Part shown: positions 27,977 to 37,515 of the stretch, one piece after another
Layout: each line of letters begins with the position of its first letter
Position numbering within the stretch: position 1 is the stretch's first letter
Notes under the pieces: generated by a model
Told to the model about the DNA's origin: nothing
The model's input: only the letters and a program-made list of their open reading frames with translations
Databases searched by the model: none
Source: a virus
IMG/VR virus record: IMGVR_UViG_3300042879_003514
Location: 31,303-95,302 of that record
DNA length: 64,000 bases
Reading direction: 5' to 3' (one strand)
Program-made: the position numbers and the translations under genes

Positions 27977-28334
27977 TATTTCCATATATTCAAACTTACT
28001 AAACGATGATATTTTAAAGGATCCTAGAGTTATTCAATTGTTGAATATTGTTCATAGTCAGGATTCGCTACATAAGTATCAGTATGCTTTTTATTCAGAT
28101 AGCAATGAGTTAAAATCAAATATTTTTATACCTGTATTTCATACTATGTACTTGGCCTGCTCATCTAATAATGTGATAATAAAAGGTCAAGAAGATTTTT
28201 GGTTACTTGAAGCATTTTCAAATAATAGATATTTTATACTAAAAGAAAACACAGAACCCACCACAGACTATGCTGCTAAAAATATACAAATTATAGATTC
28301 AATAACAGATATGGAAAAAATATATGCACTATGA
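27939..28334 (+). CDS. hypothetical protein
   Basis: operon packing. Confidence 0.6.
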   Translation: MTSTLSSKKLPINISIYSNLLNDDILKDPRVIQLLNIVHSQDSLHKYQYAFYSDSNELKSNIFIPVFHTMYLACSSNNVIIKGQEDFWLLEAFSNNRYFILKENTEPTTDYAAKNIQIIDSITDMEKIYAL

Positions 28335-29118
28335 TAAAATGAAAGATTCTGAAAAAGAAAATATTATAAATAAATTATATACAATAAATAGAAAGTCTTT
28401 TCAGCAAATAGCCGACGAATTAAATACATATGCGAATAAAATTCGTAGAGATGCTAAAAAGTTTAATATTCCTATTAGAGATAAGAGCGAAGCACAAAAA
28501 AATGCTTTATCAAACGGTTCGTGTAAACATCCAACAAAAGGCACAAAAAGAGACTCTGAGACTAAACAAAAAATTGGCACTGGAGTAATGAATAGCTGGG
28601 ACTCATTAACAGACAAAGAATTATCTAATAGAAAAAAGAAAGCTAAACAGCAATGGGATAGTATGTCTCAGGACCAGAAGGATTTAATGATTAGCAATGC
28701 TAATAAAGCAGTAAGGCAGACTAGTAAGACAGGATCAAAATTGGAGAAGTTTATTTTAAACCATTTACTAAAGGATGGATACAAAGTAGACTTTCATAAA
28801 GAGCAAATTTTATCTAATACGAAACTACAAATTGATTTATTCATACCGACCTTAAATACCGCTATAGAGATTGATGGGCCATCACATTTTTTACCAGTGT
28901 GGGGAGAAGATGTGCTGAATAGAAATATCAAATACGACAACAAGAAAACAGGACTAATTCTTGGCAAAGGTAGCGTTCTGATTAGAATTAAGCAGACAAG
29001 GGACTTTTCTGTTGCTCGTGCAGCGGTAATTTATTCTGAACTTATTGAAGAATTATCAAAGATAAAATCTAAATTTCCGGATATAAATAATAGGATAATA
29101 GAAATAGGAGATAGATAA
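28324..29118 (+). CDS. Vsr/DUF559-like endonuclease with N-terminal HTH/NUMOD-like region
   Basis: SFQQIADEL HTH; ETKQKIG; SKLEK...IDLFIP...IEIDGPSHF...YDNKK. Confidence 0.7.
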   Translation: MHYDKMKDSEKENIINKLYTINRKSFQQIADELNTYANKIRRDAKKFNIPIRDKSEAQKNALSNGSCKHPTKGTKRDSETKQKIGTGVMNSWDSLTDKELSNRKKKAKQQWDSMSQDQKDLMISNANKAVRQTSKTGSKLEKFILNHLLKDGYKVDFHKEQILSNTKLQIDLFIPTLNTAIEIDGPSHFLPVWGEDVLNRNIKYDNKKTGLILGKGSVLIRIKQTRDFSVARAAVIYSELIEELSKIKSKFPDINNRIIEIGDR

Positions 29119-29119
29119 T

Positions 29120-29863
29120 ATGATGGCTAGACCCAAAAAAGATGTTGGAAACACAGAAACCATTAATGAAACAGTGTCTGTTGAGGTAACTAATAAATCT
29201 GTTACTCCCAATGATATAGAGTGGACAGACTACGTATTAAGCTTATTATCCGATGATGAAAAAATAAGTGGAAATCCAACTACAGATGGATTAAGAAGAA
29301 TTTTTGAAGTAGCATTAGATTGTGTTGTAATTGATTCGTTGTCAGAGGTTGTTCAGTCTCCTAGTCCAGATAATGAAAAAAGAGCAACGGTTATTCATAG
29401 ATTATCTTATGTTTTAAATGGACCCGTATCGCCTGAGCAAAACTTAAATTACAGGTCTGTGAGTGGCGCAGCAGACGTTTATTGGGGTAATTGCGACAAG
29501 ATCTATAGAAATCATCCTGTGGCTGTGGCTGAAACACGAGCCGAAGGTAGGGCTCTTAGAAGAGCATTAAAATTACGCAAGGTGGTGGCTGCTGAGGAAT
29601 TGGCCAAAGATATTGATGACCATCCTGATGCTAATAGTGTTAATAAAATAAGCAGTAATCAGATTAATTTTATCGATCTAATTAGTAAAAGATTAGATAT
29701 AAATGTTAATAATATGTTAGAAAGTTTTGGCTATACCGAAAAAAATGTTTATAATATAGAGCATAGTGATGCTATTAATATTATTAAATCATTGTCGTCA
29801 TATCAACAGGATATTTCCACAATCTCAGAAAATATCAAGGGGTATGACGCTAACTGGAAATAG
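29120..29863 (+). CDS. putative ssDNA-annealing protein (Rad52-like fold)
   Basis: AVAETRAEGRALRRAL motif and C-terminal ISSNQINFI helical cap. Confidence 0.5.
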   Translation: MMARPKKDVGNTETINETVSVEVTNKSVTPNDIEWTDYVLSLLSDDEKISGNPTTDGLRRIFEVALDCVVIDSLSEVVQSPSPDNEKRATVIHRLSYVLNGPVSPEQNLNYRSVSGAADVYWGNCDKIYRNHPVAVAETRAEGRALRRALKLRKVVAAEELAKDIDDHPDANSVNKISSNQINFIDLISKRLDINVNNMLESFGYTEKNVYNIEHSDAINIIKSLSSYQQDISTISENIKGYDANWK

Positions 29864-29872
29864 GAGTCGATT

Positions 29873-30196
29873 ATGAAAGTCAAATATAAGGTTGGTGATA
29901 AATTAGAGTTTGAATTAGAGGGTGCTGGCCAAAAAGAAATTTTCAAAGAATTAGCGTTAATTCAAGAAATTTTTGCTGAAGACAAGTGCGGTTTGTGCGG
30001 TAGTACCAATCTTAGATTTGTTGTTCGTAATGTTGAAGGCAATGACTATTATGAATTGCGTTGTGCTGACTGTGGAGCTATATTAGCATTTGGTCAACAT
30101 AAAAAAGGCGGTACTCTGTTTCCCAAGCGTAAAGATGATGATGGAAACTATTTACCAAACAAAGGATGGCACAAGTGGAATAAAGACGCTAAATAA
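29873..30196 (+). CDS. zinc-ribbon hypothetical protein
   Basis: CGLCG...CADCG; SD AGGAG. Confidence 0.75.
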   Translation: MKVKYKVGDKLEFELEGAGQKEIFKELALIQEIFAEDKCGLCGSTNLRFVVRNVEGNDYYELRCADCGAILAFGQHKKGGTLFPKRKDDDGNYLPNKGWHKWNKDAK

Positions 30197-30198
30197 AT

Positions 30199-30651
30199 AT
30201 GGTAAATGTTTATTCTCAAGGTGGTAAAATTGTATTGAGGGATGGCAAAATAGCAACAAGTAATTCATGTTGTTGTGGTACTGCTCCTAATTGCACTGGA
30301 TTTTGTTATGGGTGGAGTATATTTGATAATTATATATTAACAATAACAAGCACCATGGGAAACTATACTCTTCAAGGAAATGGTGATGTTTGGTATAATC
30401 CAGAGTTAGGGATATATGCTTCTCTTGTTTGTGCAACATATATACCTTGTGGTGAAGTATTAGAGGTTGATGTTGGCGCATATGTAGATATATACTTTGG
30501 CTTTTATCCAAATCTGACACTAGCTAGAGCCATATTGGGGCGAGCAAAAGAACCAAATTGTAATACTGGTGGTAATTTAAATAATAAAACATTTAACATC
30601 TTTAGCTGTGATGATAGTGTTACAGGAACGCTGGGGTTTACTGTTCCTTAA
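30199..30651 (+). CDS. Cys-rich hypothetical protein
   Basis: N-terminal ...SNSCCCG; beta-rich. Confidence 0.6.
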   Translation: MVNVYSQGGKIVLRDGKIATSNSCCCGTAPNCTGFCYGWSIFDNYILTITSTMGNYTLQGNGDVWYNPELGIYASLVCATYIPCGEVLEVDVGAYVDIYFGFYPNLTLARAILGRAKEPNCNTGGNLNNKTFNIFSCDDSVTGTLGFTVP

Positions 30652-30660
30652 GGAGAATTC

Positions 30661-31254
30661 ATGATAAACGCATATATTGGTACTCATAATAGTAAAATAT
30701 TATCTGTAGGGGCCGCAAAATATTTAAGAAAAAATATAGTAGAAGATATAAATATTACATTAATATGTGATGAAAATAAAAAATCAGAATTAGTCGATCC
30801 TATTTTTGATAATTATATTGAAAGTAATCTTATGCGTAAAGGCATGAGATCTGCTGGTTTTAATATTGCTTTGGGTGTTTCAGATAGGTTAGACAATGCT
30901 TTAAATCTTTATATAGACGATGATTTAAGATTAATGGAAAAAATATCTTTAAATGAAAAATATAGTAGTAATGTTTATGTACCACTTTATTGTAAAATGA
31001 TATTTATATGGAGAGGATGCTTTTCAAAAGATCTATCTAATAGGATAATAATGCCAATTATTAAGGTAGAAAATATCTATCAGTGTTATGAAAAATGGGA
31101 TGAAAAAATCAAAGAATTAGCAGTGGCTAATACTTGTGAAAAAATCGATGATATATGGTTGCATATAGACAAAGGCTCTTTGTTACCATGGCCATCAGTA
31201 AAAACTGAACTGGTAAATTATTTAGATAGTTATATTGATGTGGAAAATATATAA
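30661..31254 (+). CDS. hypothetical protein, possibly a GT-A-like fragment
   Basis: SD AAGGAG; LYIDDD DxD-like motif; WLHIDKGS. Confidence 0.6.
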   Translation: MINAYIGTHNSKILSVGAAKYLRKNIVEDINITLICDENKKSELVDPIFDNYIESNLMRKGMRSAGFNIALGVSDRLDNALNLYIDDDLRLMEKISLNEKYSSNVYVPLYCKMIFIWRGCFSKDLSNRIIMPIIKVENIYQCYEKWDEKIKELAVANTCEKIDDIWLHIDKGSLLPWPSVKTELVNYLDSYIDVENI

Positions 31255-31259
31255 CTATA

Positions 31260-34200
31260 TTACGGACTGCCGCCGTCTGTGCCACCACCACCACACTCGT
31301 CGATCTTTGCGCAAAAATCTGATTCTGATGTTTCTTCACATTCAGTAAACGGATACAATGTTAAGCAATTACTTTCATTTAGACCAATTAATCCTGGTGC
31401 TGTACCCAGAGATGTAAAACAACTAGATAATCCGCAATCATCGTTTGGGCATTCAGATTCTGATTCTGAAGAGGAAGATTCTGATGAGGAGGATTCTGAT
31501 GAGCAACAACTGTTATCTGATGACGAACCTATATTAGACTCAAGCACGATATATCTCTTATCTTCATAATAAGCATAAACTCTTGAACCTTTACAGATAC
31601 TGCGCCCCAAATAATCATATATAGTAATTTGTACAGATTTAAGGGATGTACCCAAATTTTCTCCATTATCCCCGTAGATTGGATAATCATCATAATATAG
31701 TTTACTATCTGCTGAAGGATTTAACAAAATAGCTTTCGCAGATTTATAAGGCGATAATTCTTCTATTAATTGTGCGACAAGAATTCTTTCAGAGGGAGGA
31801 GATACCCATACGCCCCTATCTCTATCCCATCTTAAATCTATTGGGCCAACAGGCCATGTTTTAGGATTAGACAACCAATTTGACATAAACTTATTTTTTG
31901 TTCCGTGTCTTTTAAATTTGCCACTCTCTGTGTCTGAAGGAGAGTCTACAGCATTAGGAATAGGTTTACCTTCTGTGTCATAGCCCCATGATTGTAATAC
32001 AAGTGGTCCTCTTAGACCCAAAAAGCCAAAGTCTGTTTCAGCCTGTCTTTTTTCATCTGTTCCAAAAATTTCTTGAATTTTATCTCCGTAAGTAAGAAAT
32101 AAAATATTAAAACCTTTTGTTGATGATCCTTTTCTATCGTCCCATTTGCTTAATAAGGCATAGGATGTTATTGGATTTATATACTCTTGATGAATATTTA
32201 ATTTATTTGTAGTAATTGGTGGCATTACTGGTCGTGATCTATGTATTGGTGTTTTATTAGTGACCGAAGATATCGTGTTCTTTGCTGTATATTCTGAAAA
32301 TCTACTAAGCCTATCATGTCTTCCATCAATAGATACTGGACTAAATAAACCATCTATAGAAATTGATCCTATGTTCCAAAAAGCCTCATTAGAAAATGAC
32401 ATATCAACTTCGTTCTGAGGATATAGTCCAACACTAATTGTTCTTTTAATTGTACCTGATCCTGTTACAGGCTCTGTGCCAGTCGAACCAGAAGATTGTG
32501 TATATGATTTTAATTCTTCACAAGTTAATGACTCTACTGCCGTTGCAACAGATTCTGACTGACCTGAGCCTGATGAAGAATTATTTTTAGATACGGTATC
32601 GAAAAAGCCACCAATTAATAATACTGATGGACTGTTTTTGTTATCTGCTGCTTCATTAGGATCTTTTTTGAAAGGATTTCTTTCATATTTCCTTTTTTCA
32701 AAGTCATTTAAAATACTATTAATTTCATTTCTAGATTTTTTCCTATTCTCTTTAAATAGTTTAATAGAAGATGATCTATCTTTATTCATCTGTTGTAAAG
32801 TTGCAGAAACAGCTTGTCCATACTGACCAAATTTCGGAATATGTGTTTTAAATGAATATGTTGTCGTTGATCCTTGAGCGCCATAAACAACATTCATGCT
32901 ATCAAGAATCATAGCATAGTTTTGTATAAAATATTGTATATTCCATCCTGGTGGTTCTGCTATAGTAACAGATCCAGAAAATTCCTTATTGACTGGTCTA
33001 ATTGCTTGCAATGCTAATGCTTCACCAGCAATATTCATTGCAGAATAACCTCCAAAACTCCATGGATTTAATGATGAATCAACCACAACATCTGTTGATC
33101 CAATAGACAGAGATGAACTACCCCATGGACCATAAACATATATATTACTTTTCATTGGCACGCAAGCCGCTTCTGGTCTAGCAGCAACTGGTGTTAGTTG
33201 AAATATGTTTAAAGACTGAATAGGATTTATTCCTTGATCTTGGAGTTGATTTAATTTATCTGGAAAAAGGGCCGCAAATGTTCTCAAAGCAGCAGTCAGA
33301 ATACGCTTAACATCTGGAGAATTAATAAGAGGAATCATATCAGATTCAACTAGTATTTGTGATTTATTTTTATATCTAATAATTTCTAAAGCACCATTAA
33401 TTTTTATAAAAATATTTGGAGATTCATTTAGACTATTACTATCTAGAGTATGTGAGCTAAACGTAAAATCCACTGGTTGCCGATTGATTGCAGCAGATAC
33501 TTTATCCTTTGAATTAAATCTCAAAAAACCATTATATTTACCATCTGTTGTTTCAAAAAATTCTTTATTTTTTAATTGTAAAATATTACCATTTTGTTGA
33601 GATGGACTTGGATATCCATCACTAGTGGGATAGTCTGATAAAAGATACGGACCACCCTCACCCTGTATAATTTCAGGAGGATTTGCAGGATAAACACAAG
33701 GACTATTAATTGGAATAAACCATTTTTTACCATAATATTCTTGAATAAAATTAGTAAACCATCTCCAGCATTGGATAAATTTTAATAAATCATCAGTCTG
33801 TTTATCTGCGGGTGCTTGATTAATACCTTTTATGTTAGCAAGATTACGATTGATAGTTTCAGCATCATTAGCATTATTTATAGTTGTAAAAGCAACTAAC
33901 ATTTCATTCATCAATGCGTTTATTCCTAATATAGTTTGAATTCTAGCAGATAAACTATTTGGCTTAATAGCTCCATAAAGCAACCAGATTTCTTGTGTTT
34001 TTGTTGCTAGTATCTCCGTCTCGTCAATTGCAAAACTATCTCCTAGTCCTCCTCCTAAAAGAGCATTAATAGCCGATGTATTTATCTTTACTCCTTTAAA
34101 AGGAGTTCCTTGCGCTCTAACAATAGAACCGTCCTCTAAATATCCTAACATCATATCAACATTATTTTTAAATGAAACCTCAGATAAATAATTTACATTA

Positions 34201-35117
34201 TCTCCAATAATAATTCTGTTGCTTTTTTCGTATAGTTCAACCTCTCCTTCTTCGCTATTTATTAAAGTTCCAGTACTTTTGGCTTGTTGAATAAGATAAG
34301 TTATTGGGGAGCTTGTAACAGCAACTGATCTATCAACTGTCCAAATTATGATAGTATTGCCTTCTAAAGTTGTGAAAGTATCACAAGCAGCATCTCTAGA
34401 TGCTTGATCTATTATTTCTCCAATAGTCATCGATGAGCTAGATGTTATAGACCATTCTGGCGTAACAGCTATTAACCTACTAAGATCCAAATTCAACTGG
34501 TCGGCGCCTGATGTTGTAAAAATTCTTCCACCAGAATCTATCTGTAATCTTTGTAAAACCTTTAATAAAGATATTCCATTTTGTGAACTACTGGTTCCTG
34601 GTCCAGAAGTTCCAAAACCAGTACAAGATTGAACACGCGGCCAATTTTGACTATCTTCTCCAGGAGGACAAACAGCGCAAGTCACTCCTTCTTGGAAATA
34701 CGCAAAATTAATAAAATTCGGCATCGTTGCTATAGCAGCATCATTGCAGTAGTAGTCTTTCAGTAAAACAGAAACATTATCTAAAATTTTTCTTGGATCA
34801 ATAATTTTAAATTTATATGTATAGCCATTACTAGATTCTGAAACGGATGCACTATTAACTATTCCACCAAATGCAAATGCTGTTGTAGTAGAAAAGAATT
34901 TGACTGCTCTGCCAACATCTGGTAAAGTAAATCCAACCCCAGCATCTGTGCCACACGGATCAACAACTAATTCTAAATCCAATATTGAACTATTTGAGCC
35001 TATACCAATATTAATATTGAAATTTAATAAATAAATTGATCCTGTAAAAACCCTACCTCCACCATTAGCATAGATCATATCAAAAGCAGAGCTAATAGTT
35101 TTACAAGTTGTGGTCAT
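31260..35117 (-). CDS. tail tip/hub-like virion protein
   Basis: position downstream of the tape measure; GPIDLRWDRDRGVW; Ser/Glu/Cys-rich C-terminus. Confidence 0.6.
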   Translation of the reverse strand: MTTTCKTISSAFDMIYANGGGRVFTGSIYLLNFNINIGIGSNSSILDLELVVDPCGTDAGVGFTLPDVGRAVKFFSTTTAFAFGGIVNSASVSESSNGYTYKFKIIDPRKILDNVSVLLKDYYCNDAAIATMPNFINFAYFQEGVTCAVCPPGEDSQNWPRVQSCTGFGTSGPGTSSSQNGISLLKVLQRLQIDSGGRIFTTSGADQLNLDLSRLIAVTPEWSITSSSSMTIGEIIDQASRDAACDTFTTLEGNTIIIWTVDRSVAVTSSPITYLIQQAKSTGTLINSEEGEVELYEKSNRIIIGDNVNYLSEVSFKNNVDMMLGYLEDGSIVRAQGTPFKGVKINTSAINALLGGGLGDSFAIDETEILATKTQEIWLLYGAIKPNSLSARIQTILGINALMNEMLVAFTTINNANDAETINRNLANIKGINQAPADKQTDDLLKFIQCWRWFTNFIQEYYGKKWFIPINSPCVYPANPPEIIQGEGGPYLLSDYPTSDGYPSPSQQNGNILQLKNKEFFETTDGKYNGFLRFNSKDKVSAAINRQPVDFTFSSHTLDSNSLNESPNIFIKINGALEIIRYKNKSQILVESDMIPLINSPDVKRILTAALRTFAALFPDKLNQLQDQGINPIQSLNIFQLTPVAARPEAACVPMKSNIYVYGPWGSSSLSIGSTDVVVDSSLNPWSFGGYSAMNIAGEALALQAIRPVNKEFSGSVTIAEPPGWNIQYFIQNYAMILDSMNVVYGAQGSTTTYSFKTHIPKFGQYGQAVSATLQQMNKDRSSSIKLFKENRKKSRNEINSILNDFEKRKYERNPFKKDPNEAADNKNSPSVLLIGGFFDTVSKNNSSSGSGQSESVATAVESLTCEELKSYTQSSGSTGTEPVTGSGTIKRTISVGLYPQNEVDMSFSNEAFWNIGSISIDGLFSPVSIDGRHDRLSRFSEYTAKNTISSVTNKTPIHRSRPVMPPITTNKLNIHQEYINPITSYALLSKWDDRKGSSTKGFNILFLTYGDKIQEIFGTDEKRQAETDFGFLGLRGPLVLQSWGYDTEGKPIPNAVDSPSDTESGKFKRHGTKNKFMSNWLSNPKTWPVGPIDLRWDRDRGVWVSPPSERILVAQLIEELSPYKSAKAILLNPSADSKLYYDDYPIYGDNGENLGTSLKSVQITIYDYLGRSICKGSRVYAYYEDKRYIVLESNIGSSSDNSCCSSESSSSESSSSESESECPNDDCGLSSCFTSLGTAPGLIGLNESNCLTLYPFTECEETSESDFCAKIDECGGGGTDGGSP

Positions 35118-35118
35118 T

Positions 35119-37506
35119 TTAGTTGTCCATAATGAATATTTGGTCTTGATAAGAATTAAAAATAATATCTATAGAATAATCAAGATTATCTTCCACTAAT
35201 ATCCTATATTCATTTTGATATAAATTATTTATTAATAATTCCTGCTCATCCCCCATTATTGTATACACACCGGGTAGTAGATTAATAAATAAAGTATTTT
35301 TAGCAAAGGTTTTATTGTAGTTTTTTGGCCCATATATCGTATGTTTAATTGGTTTATCAATATTGACCAATAATTTAGCAGTATTTGTTTCATCCTCTGT
35401 TTGTTTAATTGTTTGATATGCTTCTACAGGAGTGGTTATACTAGCTGGTATTTGTCGTGGTTGTGGAAGATATTCATCAATAGTTGTATTTTCACCAGCA
35501 GCTCTTACGTAAACCAAAATATCGCCATACAAGAATTGATCTACTACTAGTTTATTATAGTCTTGTAATATTTTTTTAGATATGGTAAAATGATTATCAT
35601 AGTTCTTATTTAAATTATTATATATAATATTATTTGGAATATTGTTATACTTATCTTTAATTCTAATAATAATATATCCATTTGATAATGCTTTTATGCT
35701 AGAACTATCAATAAGTTTATTATTTGACATAAGAGGTTTTATTGAATTAGACTTATTATCTAGTACATAAAAGTTCACAATATAGTTGTTATCGATAGTT
35801 GTACTATCTGGTAAAAGATACGAGGAATTTCCATCTATTACTATATCTATACCACCTGTGTGTGTCGCATTATCAAGATTATATACATAAATTTCTGATA
35901 AATTATTAATTTTATTTATTGATCTCAATAAGTTTTTAATATTTAACATATAAGCGGAATCTTCTGGACTGCTATCACAAACAGTTTGACTAGTGGTAAC
36001 ATATTGATTTAAAACATTAAATTTTTCTAAAAAACTAAGAATGGTTACGTAATTCAATTGGTATAAATTTTTATAAACAAGTTTTTTTGTATTAGTGGTT
36101 TTAAATTGATAAAAATCCTCGTTATTTGTATTGTCTCCAATAGAAACATAAACATTATCCATTCTAGATGATGTTATTTCTCTAAAACTAGAGTTTGTAA
36201 ATTGAGCATGAACATTGTCTTGAAGTATAAAACTTCCTCTAGCCAGACTTGCGTTTTCATTATTTATATCTCCAAATTCTGACAATCCTAGAGATAAATC
36301 AAACGCTTCATTGGTTTTTGGATTTGAAATTTGTAAAATACTATTTAGTAAGTTTGGATTAGCGTTTGGATTTAGTCCGGGAGCGATATAAAAATAATAA
36401 AACCAATCTTCTGATGAATTTCCTAATTTTAGAATTTCAATTTCATTATCTTGAATACTATACTTATCTAACATATTACGTACTATTAAGAATTCATATG
36501 GATTATTATCAATTTTAATTATTATATTATCTTTTAATTTTAATGTTTTAATATACTGCCAAAGAGCAGAATTATTACTAATAAGTTTATATGGTATTAG
36601 AATAGTATCATAAATTGGTAGCGTTATCGTTGGTGAATATAATTTAGATTTTATATCTTCCGTAATTTTTAAAGAAACAGAGAGAGGATTAATATTTGGT
36701 ATAATGATATCATCAATAACTGTGGTACATCCATACATATTCTCGATGGCTAGTGAGTAGGTTCCTGGCATCAGTAAATTTGTAATTTGATATGAATATC
36801 TATTATTTATAGTATCCACATTAGTAATATATTTTGTTTCAAACGCATCTAAAAAATATATAAGACCCTGATCATCAACATTTGTGAATAATAAACTAAA
36901 TGGACCATATCCAGTTATATCAAATTTTAAAGTACCATAACCATCAAATACAGTTGGTGGTATAGAAAATTGATCTAGATATTTGGTTTCTATATTAACT
37001 ATTGAAAAAGATGGCCCTGATACCGAGCATCCATTGTTATCGACAACAGATACTGAATAAGAACCAGCAGATAAATTACGAATTGTTACTGATGGTTCTG
37101 AGGAAACAAGAGTTTGCTCTTTAATATCATAAATATATGGTGGGGAGCCGCCAGAAACTTCTATATAAATATTAGCGTCATTATTGCATGAATATTCTTT
37201 ATGTTGGACCCCAGTAATTTTTAATTCTGGAGGAGATTCAATATTAAAGGTGTATGGCCCAAGAATAGAATTATCTATTAAACTACGAATAATAAATTCA
37301 TAATTACCATTTTTTAAGTTAGATATCAATCTATTATCGGTAGAAATTATGGTATCATCATCAATATCGCCACTCCACTCTATTATATTATTAAAAAAAC
37401 TAGTATTCTCTGCTTGTGTAATTAATATAATTTGAGTTATTTCTATAAAACCATTGCGTTGGTTTTTACATAAATTATCAACTTTCCTATAGTTTATTGT
37501 AGCCAT
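35119..37506 (-). CDS. virion protein with SprB/Ig-like repeats
   Basis: VSGGSPPYIY...NLSAGSYSVSVVDNNGC; LMPGTYSL; LLPGVYTI. Confidence 0.65.
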   Translation of the reverse strand: MATINYRKVDNLCKNQRNGFIEITQIILITQAENTSFFNNIIEWSGDIDDDTIISTDNRLISNLKNGNYEFIIRSLIDNSILGPYTFNIESPPELKITGVQHKEYSCNNDANIYIEVSGGSPPYIYDIKEQTLVSSEPSVTIRNLSAGSYSVSVVDNNGCSVSGPSFSIVNIETKYLDQFSIPPTVFDGYGTLKFDITGYGPFSLLFTNVDDQGLIYFLDAFETKYITNVDTINNRYSYQITNLLMPGTYSLAIENMYGCTTVIDDIIIPNINPLSVSLKITEDIKSKLYSPTITLPIYDTILIPYKLISNNSALWQYIKTLKLKDNIIIKIDNNPYEFLIVRNMLDKYSIQDNEIEILKLGNSSEDWFYYFYIAPGLNPNANPNLLNSILQISNPKTNEAFDLSLGLSEFGDINNENASLARGSFILQDNVHAQFTNSSFREITSSRMDNVYVSIGDNTNNEDFYQFKTTNTKKLVYKNLYQLNYVTILSFLEKFNVLNQYVTTSQTVCDSSPEDSAYMLNIKNLLRSINKINNLSEIYVYNLDNATHTGGIDIVIDGNSSYLLPDSTTIDNNYIVNFYVLDNKSNSIKPLMSNNKLIDSSSIKALSNGYIIIRIKDKYNNIPNNIIYNNLNKNYDNHFTISKKILQDYNKLVVDQFLYGDILVYVRAAGENTTIDEYLPQPRQIPASITTPVEAYQTIKQTEDETNTAKLLVNIDKPIKHTIYGPKNYNKTFAKNTLFINLLPGVYTIMGDEQELLINNLYQNEYRILVEDNLDYSIDIIFNSYQDQIFIMDN

Positions 37507-37515
37507 AATTAATAC

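Noticed and set aside
31279-31569. + strand acidic ORF and the other antisense/nested ORFs in the track (e.g. 44945..45400, 48923..49393, 52310..52756, 8057..8416)
   Set aside because: Shadows of long genuine genes on the opposite strand or frame; no SD or motifs
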